From the NCBI GenBank assembly GCA_030390025.1, contig CM059432.1, positions 132,124,001 through 132,188,000 on the forward strand: a DNA stretch of 64,000 bases, given 5' to 3'. Below the pieces are notes generated by a model. That model saw nothing but the letters and a program-made list of their open reading frames with translations. It was not told the origin of the DNA and did no database searches. The translations under genes were made by a program, and so were the position numbers. Source of the stretch: Squalus acanthias (taxonomy: Eukaryota). This document shows positions 50,861 through 62,278 of this stretch, one piece after another (positions within the stretch are counted from its first letter, which is position 1; the number at the start of each line of letters is the position of its first letter).

Positions 50861-53687
50861 AGAAAACTAATAGGAAGGAGGGAGACTGCAATGTCCTGTT
50901 ATAGTAAAAAGTGACTAATTTTACTCCAGGAATCCTTTTATTTTTCATTTGTTCTTTATGCACGTCAGGACATACCCATGATAAACTGGGGGGGGAAATG
51001 ACCGGTATCTTTAGCTTCCTGAAGCCTAATTGTGGCCAAAAAATTTCGTAGGGGTGGACGCACATTTTCACGACAAACAAACTACACTCCAAACTGTCTT
51101 CAGTACAGCCTAGATAGTTGCAGTAAATATATTTTTACCAGTTGAGTTTCCCTGTGAATACGTCAAATTTTATTTGACATGGTAATTATATCTATCTGGC
51201 CTCCATAACTCGAGAGGTCAGGTAGTGGGATAAAACTATTGCAGTTAAGTAAAACTCATTTTCATTCCAATGCTTTCGCTCCTTGTATTTAAGTGCCAAC
51301 GCAGTGATCGGGTACAAAATCAGGCTCAGTGGGTCCGCAATTTCCCAGGCAGTGCTCCACCATACAATCAGCCTTCCAGTTCTATTAAACCAAAGTTGGC
51401 CATTTTTATAACGTGAACTAAGGACTGCGTTAAGGCCAGAGCATGAAAAGTATCCATCAGAAGATAAATGTTGCCCTTTTAGTAAAGACTTGAAGACTGC
51501 CCCATGTGGTTGCCTTGTTGATAGTCTAAGGGAAACCCTTGATATTGAGGCTGGTGGCATCAGTCCCAGATCTTGAGTACGTTCAGATGTAACAAATCTG
51601 AAACCTCACCACGCATGCATTGTCTATCCCAGAATACAGTCACAGAATACACTGCTTGATTACTCATTGGTCTGAGCGGGGAGGGAGGAGCTGTCAGTCA
51701 GTCCTCGTATCTGAGATTTAGCGAGTTCTTCAAAGACCACAGAGCAAGAAAGTCCACTTTGTTTGTCAACAAGTTGCATAAAAATGGCTATGATCATTAA
51801 CTTCAAGACCAGCGGTTAAAGTGGAATTGGTTAAGAAGGGCACCAATCCTGCCCTACAGTGATTGTCCCCACTCCTGCAACCTTTGACCCCAGATAGGTC
51901 CTGTTGAAATAACCCCCCCCCCCCCCACCACCACCAAACAAAATAAAGTCCCCCTGAAATAAATTGACACTAAGCCTAAGCCTAAACCTAACCCTAAATC
52001 TCAGCCAACCTAACTCTCAGACTAACCTAATCTAGACTTTAAACCCAAGACCAAGTTCCTTCAATATTAACTTTTTGGTTTTCTGGCAATAGCACTGCCA
52101 GAAGCTGCAGCAAGCAGAGGGCAAAGTAATAAGATTAACTGGATCAAGCGGATAAAAGGTTAAAAATGTAAACTTAGCTGCACTAGTAAGGGGGTACTCT
52201 GGAGCATTTAGCAGTAAATCTGAAGAACCAGGAATCATGCAGATGTGAATAGTTTAATCTCGTGAGATTCAAAATCCATCTTTGGGAATCTCTTGAGAAA
52301 TCAAGGATTGGTACCATTATTACACGCTAAGGCAAGAACTGGAATGGTTTCCTAGCCTACTTGACCTTCAGCTCAGGACCCATGTATAATGCACACTGCT
52401 GCAAATGTGAAGACCTGAAACATCTAGTGATAGTAAAGCTTTGTCTGGAAACTTTGAGGCCTTTGCGAGGGAAAGATCATGCTGAGGTTCCAGCTAGGAT
52501 TCATTGTTTTCTAACCCAAGAGAAAATTTGAATCAGCCAGTAATCTAAATGAGGATAGATGTGCAGGCTGTTGCTAACAATGAGCTTTACACACATTCTT
52601 AGGCCAGGGATTGAAATCGGGTAAGGGGCTGATCACTTCTCTTCCCTCCTCCACCCCCCAGTTCCGAGTCTCTCAATATTCTGGGAGAGGCAAAAAAAAA
52701 AAACAGAAGCCGGTTTAGAAAAAAAATGTGGGCAAATTCCTCTCTAACTCCCGAAGGAAAACTCCCAAGTAACCTATTAATCCTTCAAATGCCAATTAAA
52801 CCAGGGCAGAAAGTTGACCATTCTCCCATCAAGCCTTGTCTGTTTACAGCAAGTGAAAATGTCCTTGCGGCATACCAACTGAGCTTGCAGGTTATTGTTT
52901 GGGAACAAGCTGGGCTTGTAGCTGCAAGAACCAGACACCTACAGATAACAGATGGTTAACAACAGAATACTGTTCAGGGACAAAGCCAAAACATACGTAA
53001 TTAGACCCCGGCATATTGGGTATAATTATAGGGCTAGTGGTCAGGGGTTTCTAGAGCTCACCCACCTTGAAGTTGGGGTCTGATTAGCTCGCGATTCCAG
53101 GGTAGCCAGGTTGTATAATTGCTTGTTGTTATCAGACTAATACTGTTACTTTTAGCTTTAATAAGCTTAATCTTTCTACGCAACCTCGCCGTCTGAAATC
53201 TGGCTTTTGCGCAGTAGTCACAAGCTAACAAAGCGGTGTCCCTGGGTGGGCCTTAACCCGCCACCATCTCAAAATGTCCTCCTCTCTCAAACTTGTCTAG
53301 CTCCTTTTGAAGGACTATCGGGAATCTATGCTTACTGCACATGTTAGTAATCTGTATCAGAAGGTGATGACTCAAAAGAAATACTCACTTCTAATTGAAT
53401 GTTTTGCCCAAGGATTCTCTCTGGATTTCCCTTAGTCCTACCATCCCTATTCATCCCAAATAACCCATCCAACTTGACAATTTAATCTCTTAATTTTGAA
53501 AACTTCATTTATATCCCTTCCAGGCCTACATTTCTCTAACTAAAATATCCCCAACTCCCTCAGCCTATCCTGATAACATTATTGGCATTAATGATTTAGG
53601 GAACCAAAGCAAACTGCTCCAATTTGCAGATATTAAACTGGAGGGGGGAGTCGGTTGAGTAGGAAGAAATAGACAGGGAACTACCAA

Positions 53688-53828
53688 GGAACGAAAGCAA
53701 AATACTGCGGATGCTAGAAATCTGAAATAAAAACGGAAAATGCTGGAAATATTCAGCAGGTCAGGCAGCATCTGTGGAGAGAGAGAGAGAGAGAGAGTTA
53801 ACGTTTCAGGTCGATGACCTTTTCGTCA
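53688..53828 (-). mobile_element. Penelope terminal-repeat fragment with hammerhead motif truncated at C3
   Basis: AAATACTGCGGATGCTAGAAATCTGAAATAAAAACGG...GTTAACGTTTCAGGTCGATGACCTTTTCGTCA, followed directly by an L2 fragment (53829-53900). Confidence 0.8.
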
Positions 53829-54899
53829 TTTGACACCGAGCCACATAAGGAGATATTGGGACAGATGACCAAAAGCTTGGTCAAAGAGGTAGGTTTTAAG
53901 GTTTTAAAACCGCACAATGCCCTTGTCAGACCGCACCCTGAGCACGAAGACATGAGAAACATTCAGACGCCACTGGTCTGTCTCTCCCATTTTACAAGGA
54001 TAAGCTGAGCACATCGCACATTCCTGGGAAGAAGATTGGAAAATCTCGCAAGCATTAATTTCCATTTGACTAACACTAATGTGCTATTTTAAGCAAAGCT
54101 TTTCCATGTTTTGTGTAAGGGCTGCACAGCCATGATTTGGTTAAAATAAATTCCTGCTCAATTTCCTAGCCCCCCTGCGTGCACAAATCTCACTAGTGGA
54201 AAAGCAGAAACAATTCCACTGGTTGGAAAATCTACTCCCTGGATGTTGTGAAGCCACAAATCTCTGTGTTACTGCTCTTAGAGAAGGTAGACCCTTCGGG
54301 AGAAAATTTCTTCTCAAAATGAAGGTGATATTTTATCCCAACCAGTCTTCTTCACTCATTAGAATGATGAGGTCCCATGCCTCTAAATGTCTGTCTGTTG
54401 ATATCTAGCGGCAGAGAAGGGAGGTGTTGTTTTCGGGTACTGTGGCAGCAGGACCAGAAAGGTGCGATTGGCCCTAAATTTATGTTGGTTAACCTGTGTA
54501 GGTATCGGAACCAAAATGTGTCAGAGTCTGATGGGATTACCCGCTGCCCCGGCTAATATTCTTCCTCAAGCAACGTGACCAAAACCAAATTACCTGGTCA
54601 TTCATCTCATTGCTGTTTTGTGTAAAGTTGCTGTGTGCAATAAGACTATATCCACCTGCACAACACTTCAAAGTAATGCAGTTAAATAGCGCTTGATCAC
54701 ATTTTTCAGAAATATGTCAACAGCCTTCACATTCAAAGAATTTAAGATATCTAGTTTTGCCTGAAGGGCTAGATGTTGTTTTAGATGCTGCAGTATCGAG
54801 TATGACACTTGTGGTTTTGCTGATGGCTCTTATAAATTCTAATAGTTTCTTAAAGTGTTGCCTCCCTCCCCACCCCGACCAAATAACATTGCCTGGAGC

Positions 54900-55485
54900 G
54901 CTCTGATTTGCTAAGTGGGTACCACACCACTGGGTTTGTTACTGAACTATGCAGAAAGGAATGTCCCAGCTTTAATTCCTGACCTGTACTGAGTTAACTG
55001 ATCTCAAACAGGGAGATGATAGAGGTGCTGTAATTGGCCTCTATATCCGTAGGCCAAGGAAGGAGAAGATCAGCTAAAGCGCCTGCCTCTGCAGGCTATC
55101 TAATGTCTCCTGCTGGAAGCGCATGTAGGTAGCTGTCAAGTAATGACAGGGCAAGACTCAGCTTTGATGCTCTCCAGGAACGAGCAGTCTGCTCACGACA
55201 GAATGTCGGAAATGCTGCCCTTTGAGTGAGATGTTAAACCAAGACCCTTTTTTGCCTGTTTTGGTGGGTCTCGTGGTCATTAACAATCTCGTGTAATTGT
55301 TCGAAGAGCCGCAAGTTCTCCCAATCTCCTGGCCAACGTTCTTCCCTCGACCCATGCCATTTCTAAAGTAAAAAAAATTAAATGGTCAGTCATCTTTTTT
55401 GGATGTTGCTGTGTTGACATTTGCTGTACTTCTAAGTACATGTGTGAAGTGCTTTTGAAGTAATAAGGCACTATATAAGCTTATT
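54900..55485 (+). mobile_element. AmnSINE2-like copy (about 54900-55200) followed by a degenerate DeuSINE (about 55200-55485)
   Basis: CCTGACCTGTACTGAGTTAACTGATCTC...TAATTGGCCTC, then GAGATGTTAAACCAAGACCC...CCTGGCCAAC...GGCACTATATAAG. Confidence 0.5.
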
Positions 55486-55504
55486 TATTGCAGCAAGATC
55501 ATCT

Positions 55505-55905
55505 TTGTTATACCTATCAGGAAAGGATGAACAGGCTGGGCTGAGGGGTGACCTGATAGAGGTCTTTAAAATTATGAAAGGTTTTGATAGAGTCGACAGT
55601 GTTTTCACTTATGGGGAAGAGCAAAACTAGAGGCCATCAATATAAGATAGTCACCAAGAAATCAAACCGGGAATTCAGAAGGAACTTCTTTACCCAAGGA
55701 GTGGTGAGAGTGTGGAACTCGCGACCACAGGGAGTGGTTGAGGCAAATAATATAGGTGCATTTAAGGGAAAGCTAGATAAGCATATGAGGGAGAAGGGAA
55801 TGGGGGCTATGCTAATAGTTAGATGAGGAAGGATGGGAGGAGGCTCAGGTGAAGCATAAACGCTGGCATGGACTGGTTGGGCCGAATGGCCTGTTTCTGT
55901 GCTGC
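55505..55905 (+). mobile_element. CR1 3' portion
   Basis: ORF 55584..55826: KTRGHQYKI...RRNFFTQGVVRVWNS. Tail GGGCCGAATGGCCTGTTTCTGTGCTG. Confidence 0.85.
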
Positions 55906-56479
55906 ATCAGCCCATGGAGTTGCTCACAGATTTATATAGATTGGGTTCTTCTCTTTGCCCATTGCTGCTGATGGGCAGCAGTGTTCGGTGTTTCATGATC
56001 GGATTTTAGATTCTCTAAAACCTTCCTTCGCATGCTGTGAGCTCATTCCCTGCTCACTCCCCACCCTGATATTTGCAATCATAAATCCTCCTTTTCATAT
56101 TACTGTTGTGTTATGACTTGATTTGCTCTGCACGTGTCCTTCTTCAGGCAGCCTGTTATCTTTCTCTGCTTTCTGTTTGTTTTCCTCAACCACGCAGTTC
56201 AAAGATTAATGTTGGGAATTCATCCTGAAGTTGCAATAAATTAGCTACTGGATATAAAAAAGTTCTTTGGCATATTGTCCAAAATAAAATTGGGAGAGGG
56301 CTGATGGAGACTTTTTTTTTGATTGTGTGTGCACGTGGGTAGCTGGCAATAGGGTTTTCTTAATCCATTCAGTTTTAACTGACCCAGTTAGATCAAGTAT
56401 TTGGGGTGGGGGGGGGGGGTGGGGTGGTTACCCATGTACAATGATGTCAGATGCGGGCACACCTAAGTTTTAAATGTTC

Positions 56480-56710
56480 ATCGAATCATACCATGATACA
56501 GCGGAGAAGGAGGCCATTCGGCCCATCGTGCCTGTGCCAGCTCTTTGGTGCAGCTATCCAATTAGTCTCATTTCCCTGCTCTTTTCCACATAGCCCTGTC
56601 AATTTTTTTCCTTCGCATATTTATCCAATTCCCTTTTGAAAGTTACTATTGTGTCTGCTTCCACCGCCCTTTCTGGCAGTGCATTCCAGATCATCATAAC
56701 TCGCTGCGTT
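56480..56710 (-). mobile_element. CR1 (HER1-like) 3' tail
   Basis: AGAAGGAGGCCATTCGGCCCATCGTGCCTGTGCC...GGCAGTGCATTCCAGATC. Confidence 0.85.
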
Positions 56711-57319
56711 TAAAATAATTTAAAAAAAAAAATGTTTTAAGCTATTTCCATGCAGCTGGCTCACAACGTATCATCCTTGACACTAAGCAAAAACAGTTTA
56801 ATTCAATAGCTTTCTAAACTTTTTTTAACAACTGACTCCACTTTAAAAAGAACCTTTCACACCCCTGTATCTAAGAATACTGGTAAGTCTGGGGGTAAAA
56901 GATTCACACCTTCTTCCCTTCTGTAGTTTTGAAATTCGTTCACTGTGGAACTAGAAGGGGGTTGACTTCTACCTGCTAGTTTGCCCTGTCGATAACCCCA
57001 TTCCAATTCCCAGGGATGGGGGCGTTCGCATAAAGGGGGTGGGTACCTGCGCCAATTACCGTGCTCCCAGATGTAATGCTGGTGAGAAGTATGCCTATTG
57101 TGCCCCATATTCTCCCCACCCCCCCTCCCCCCCCCGCTCCGATTGCATTCATTTTAAGCAGAAAAATCAGAGAAGCATAAGAACATAAGAAATAGGAGCA
57201 GGAATAGGCCACTTGGCCCCTCGAGCCTGCTCCGCCATTCAATAAGATCATGGCTGATCTTGGGCTCAAAGCCACTTCGCCGCCCGCTCCCCATAACCCT
57301 TCACTCCCTTATCTTGTAA

Positions 57320-58533
57320 AAACTTGCATTTCTCTAGCGCCTTTCACAACCACCAGATGTCCCAAAGCGCTTTACAGCCAATGAAGTACTTTTTGAAGTG
57401 TAGTCACTGTTGTAATGTAGGAAATGCGGCAGCCATTTTGCACACAGCAAGCTCCCACAAACATTAATGTGATGATGACCAGATAATGGCCCAGAAATTA
57501 GGCTCCCTGGCTTCCCGTGGGTGCAAGGATCGCGCGCACCTACCTACCGCGCCTGCCGTTGACTTCTGGGCCCACGGGGACTTCAGCTCCTGGGCCTGCC
57601 CCAACTGCCGGCGCGCAGTGCTTGCGTGTCCCAGGGGCGCAGTTAGTGCGATGCGTCCCCTGGGATCACGTGGGCCATGGAGAGCCAATGGCAGCAGAGC
57701 ATCTTTCATTCATAGATTTGACAGGAAGACCTGTCAAATCTATGAATTGAAATCGGCCCCAAAACAACACCTAAACTTCAAATACATTTTTAAAAAACCA
57801 TCACATTTTTAAAATAACTAAGTTAAATAAATTAACTACTTTAAACAATTAAATTTTAAAAAAATTAAAATACTTTTTAACAGGGCTAAAAATAAACTTA
57901 CCTTTCTTTAAAGTATCTAAAAAAGATAAATCTGTGGAAAAAATTTTTAAATTATAATTAATTAACCACTTACCTTGTTGAAAACGGGTCTTGCGCCTCC
58001 TTTTTAAAAGCGCAGGTTCTTCAATACTTACCCTCCCGGAGGAACCTGAAAAAAACCCTAAGTTTGCTGCGTGCGCGCAGCCTCTACCGCGCACGCGGTT
58101 CACCTCTGAACCGCTCCCTTCACGAGACCGGAAGTTCCAGTTTCCCGCACATGCGCAGTGCATGCAGGAAACCGGCACTTCAGGAGGCCTTACGGGTGAG
58201 TACACAGTGTACTCACCCGGCAAGTGTCAAATTTTTGGCCCATTCTGTTTGTGATGTTGGTTGAGGGATAAATATTGGCCAGGACCGGGGATAACTCCCC
58301 TGCTCTTTTTTGAAATTGTGCCATAGGATTTTTTACATCCACCTGAGGGAGCAGGCGGGGTCTCGGTTTAACGACTCATTCGAAAGATGGCACCTCCGAC
58401 AGTGCAGCACTCCCTCAGCACTGCACTGGAGTGTCGGCCTGGATTTTTGTGCTCCAGTCTCTGGAGTGGGACTTGAACCCGCAACCTCCTGACTCAGAGG
58501 TGAGGGTGCTACCCACTGAGCCACGGCTGACGC
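57320..58533 (-). mobile_element. Full-length DeuSINE split by a MITE (parts 57320-57487 and 58242-58533)
   Basis: The two parts join into the same SINE as 37745-38180. tRNA-like head on the minus strand: AGCCGTGGCTCAGTGGGTAGCACC...GGTTCAAGTCCC. Confidence 0.88.
57488..58241. mobile_element. Non-autonomous DNA transposon (PIF/Harbinger/ISL2EU-like MITE), 754 bp
   Basis: Boundaries are fixed by the interrupted SINE. Imperfect TIRs GGCCCAGAAATT / AATTTTTGGCCC, flanked by AAT and ATT (net 3-bp gain over the empty SINE site). Confidence 0.75.
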
Positions 58534-58554
58534 TCAGGAAATTTGGACTTGTGT

Positions 58555-59060
58555 GTTTCACTTCTTCCCTTCTGTATCTGTCGACTCCTTCCCTTTAGTG
58601 TGCATCTCTGACCTTCCCTTCTGTGTGCCTCACCTATCTTTTGGCATGTCTCTCCCTTCACTGCTATGTCTCATCCATCTCTTCTCCCCTTCCAGTTTCT
58701 TTCACTTACTTCCCTTTGTGTGTATCTCGCTCTCTCTCTCTTTCCTTCCCTTCTGCATGTGTCTTACTCCTTTTTTCCTATTCGTCTCTTCCTCATCCCT
58801 CGCCTTCATCCCTTGTAATTCTCTCTTCTGTGTATCTCACTCATTCTTCCCCTCTCTTTTTCACCTTTTGCCTTCTCTAATACTTTCCTTCTTGCACTCT
58901 TGCTGCCTTCCCTTCTCTCATCCTTCTTTCCCCCTCCTTCCTTTCAGTGTCCGTCTCACCTGCTTCTCTTTATCTGTTCTTTCCTATTGCGGGTTTGCTA
59001 TTCCCATTCCTATTGCGGGTTTGCTGTCTTGCTCTTTTTCTGGTTTGCTCACGCGCTCTC
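58555..59060. repeat. CT-rich low-complexity tract
   Basis: About 500 bp, strongly pyrimidine-skewed. Explains the F/S/L-rich ORF 58553..59065. Confidence 0.85.
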
Positions 59061-59726
59061 AGTAAAGAGGAAGTGATCTAGTAGTGATCACTTGCCGATT
59101 GGGTTGCCACTTCCTCTTAGGAAAAGCCTGGGCTGCCAGCTAAAAAGGCCTGAGATTAAGCCGGGACCATTGCCACGGTGGAAGCATGGCCCCAGCTGTT
59201 GGAAATGAGGCGGAAGGAAAGCATGGACCCTTGGCTGTGCGGAGGGGAATGTCTTGCAGTGGATTGGAAAGAGCCCAGGGAGCCCTGCTCCAGTCCCAGC
59301 AGAAGTCACCTGGCTTATTTTTAAAGCACGGTCACATTTTAAAGTGGCTAATTTGCAGAATAAAATGCCATTTTGTGACGGGATGCTCGCCCCTGGATGT
59401 TGATGGGGCCATGTGGGGGGAGCAATCAACTGGAAGATGGGTTACTAATTTTTTTAATGAATTGTTCGGATTAAGTTATACAATATTTATTTTTTTTGGA
59501 GATTATACATAGTGTTGATTGAGGGACCTAAAACTCCAAATTTGCTGTAATATGATGTAGAATTTTTTTTGGAGAATGTGATTGGAGGGGAAGATTTTAT
59601 GCAACCAAGGCAGAACATAACCAAATAGATAAACAGACAAACACTTAGCCAAGAAAAGACGACACTGGCACAGTCAACAGACACGAAGTATTTTTATTAA
59701 AACTATAACGGTTATCAATATTATAA

Positions 59727-59885
<159 letters not shown>

Positions 59886-60824
59886 TAATCTGTTTTAACA
59901 AAAGTCAAGGCCGAATTATGTTTTGTTCTGGGGAAGTGTGTATGGTATTTTGTTGGTTTTGCGTTAAAGTTAAAGCCATCTTAACCTCTGAGTAATAAAT
60001 TGTGCTTGCTGAATCCTGGTTAAATCATGACATCAAATAGTATATGAATTGGGGATTGGACTAAATGTTTGAATGTTGCTGTGATTTCCATATGTCACCT
60101 TAATTCATGATCACTCTCCAAATCAAAAATGCCCAAAGAACAAGCAGAAAATTTAAGCAACACCCCTAAATTACTTGAGTAATGTCCTTTGCTGCACTGG
60201 AGCAGATTTTCAACAGGTTACACTGGATCTAGGATCAGTGCCAACCTGTTTGCAACCATTTCTCTATAACGTGCTTCCTGAGAAATTAGATCAGTGTGGC
60301 TGGTGATACATGTGCAGCCAGTGCGCTTAAAAAAAAAAAACTAGCAATGCTGGCCCACTGGATTTGTACCCTTTCAGTTTTGGGGGCCAGGATTCAAATC
60401 TAGCTCTGACCTCGAACGCAAGTCTGTGCTTTGCCACCCAGTGCTTGAACTGGAATGAGTTGAGAACAGATAATCACCCTTCCCCTTCGCCCCAGCATGT
60501 TGACAACTTACGAAATTTTGGCCCTAGCGTTCAGTCAGTTGATCAGTCTGAGATCTTTTAAAAAGCACATGGTATTAAAGGTAAAGTGGCTGTTTGGAGG
60601 ACTGGCTTAAGGAGTGAAAAGAGAGTAGGAGTAAATAGATGCTTCTCAGATTGGTAGTTGTAGCTAGTAGTGTGCCCTCTCTTGTTCCATATGTGCAAGT
60701 GATTTGGGCAGTTCAGCATTGTGGATTGTTTTTTTATTTTATTTTTATATATATAAAATCATGTATTTTTGAAAAGGCCAGGGGAGAACTTGAACAAATT
60801 TCATTGTGGAAGCAAAAAGAGTAT

Positions 60825-61268
60825 CAACTCCAAGGGTAAAATTTCGAGGCGAGATTACACAAATTAGGGTTGTATTCCCTAGAATTTAGAAGGTTAAGGG
60901 GTGATCCAAGTTTTCAAGAAATTAAAGGGAACAGATAGGGTAGAGAGAAATTATTTCTGTTGGTTGGGGGTCTAGTATTAGGGGGTCTAGTATTAGGGGG
61001 TATAAAATTAGAACCAGACCTTTCAGGAGTGAAGTTAGGAAACACTTCTACCCACAAAGGCTGGTAGAAGTTTGAAACTCTCTTCCGCAAACGACAATTG
61101 ATGCTGGGTCAATTAATGTTAAATCGGAGATTGTTGGTTTTGTTAACCAAAGGTATTGAGATATGGACCAATGGCAGGTATGTGGAGTTAGGTCACAGAT
61201 TTCAGCCATGATCTCATTGAAAGGCTGAACAGGCTCGAGGGGTTAAATGGCCTCCTCCTGTTCCTATG
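60825..61268 (+). mobile_element. CR1 3' portion
   Basis: Homologous to 32300-32757. Ends AATGGCCTCCTCCTGTTCCTATG. Contains a 15-bp internal duplication GGGGGTCTAGTATTA. Confidence 0.85.
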
Positions 61269-61374
61269 ACACGTTGGACCCCCTGGGACACATCTCATTG
61301 TCTTGGCTGTGCTCTTAGTGTGTCTTTGATGTAGGGAAAGATTTGAATAGATTTTGTCTGTTTAAATTGTGAAT

Positions 61375-61490
61375 TCTGGGAGATTCTCTCACTGCTAACC
61401 TACCTGAGGAAGGAGCGAACAGCTCCGAAAGCTTGTAAAATTAAATAAATCTGTTGGACTATAACCTGGTGTTGTGCGACTTCTCATTTT
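61375..61490 (+). mobile_element. Penelope-like terminal-repeat remnant (second family)
   Basis: Hammerhead core followed by AAATAAATCTGTTGGACTATAACCTGGTGTTGTG, the layout typical of PLE pseudo-LTR ends. Confidence 0.7.
61401..61437 (+). ncRNA. Minimal type I hammerhead ribozyme motif, catalytic core intact
   Basis: UAC CUGAGGA A GGAGC GAACA GCUCC GAAA GC UU GUA: CUGANGA, 5-bp stem II, GAAA, palindromic minimal stem III (AAGCUU) and 3-bp stem I. Confidence 0.7.
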
Positions 61491-62128
61491 TGTTCCTATA
61501 AAGTCAGTGCAGAGAAACTTAATTGATAATTAAGTTCACAATAAAATGAGGTTATCCCTCATGGAACCCAGGCCATTTCAATGCAACAGGTTCTGCAACA
61601 CAGCGACCTAAACTCTGCATTCCCCAAGCATCTCAACAGCTGTCCCAACCCGTGTTCACGAAAGTTATAATTTCTTGCTGAAATAAGTATCAATTTCCCA
61701 CCCATGTAGACAGAACAGCATTATTTCTGGATTTATTTCTATTTTCCCCTGGGAAATAGCTCTTCTGCCCCTTGGCCATGTAATGTCATAGGATTGTCAA
61801 GTCAGTGCTTACACGTTGACTGAATCGGAGATCTTTATAACTGCACAGTAAAGATCCAGGCACTTAAATGTGGGTCTTCAGCAGCAGTTTAAAATTCCTA
61901 ATCGGTAAGGACCAGCATTTGGGGGCAGTCTTGTCACAAGTTACAACTGTATGTGGGTATTTTTTGTTAAGAGTATTTCAGTTGCACAAATGTAGAATTT
62001 GATACAATCTTGAAAGTCAAACCTTGCATCAAAAGCACACACCAGCTGCGACAAAGGCAGAGTGAAAATTTATCATAGAATGTATCTGGATGCCCAAGTC
62101 TAAACATTTCAAATTTCTCTCAACATAG

Positions 62129-62278
<150 letters not shown>

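Noticed and set aside
58460..58533. tRNA gene
   Set aside because: The A/B-box-like sequence is the tRNA-derived head of a SINE and does not form a full cloverleaf. The same applies at about 38110-38180.
58553..59065. 170-aa hydrophobic ORF resembling a membrane protein
   Set aside because: It is the translation of a CT-rich low-complexity tract.
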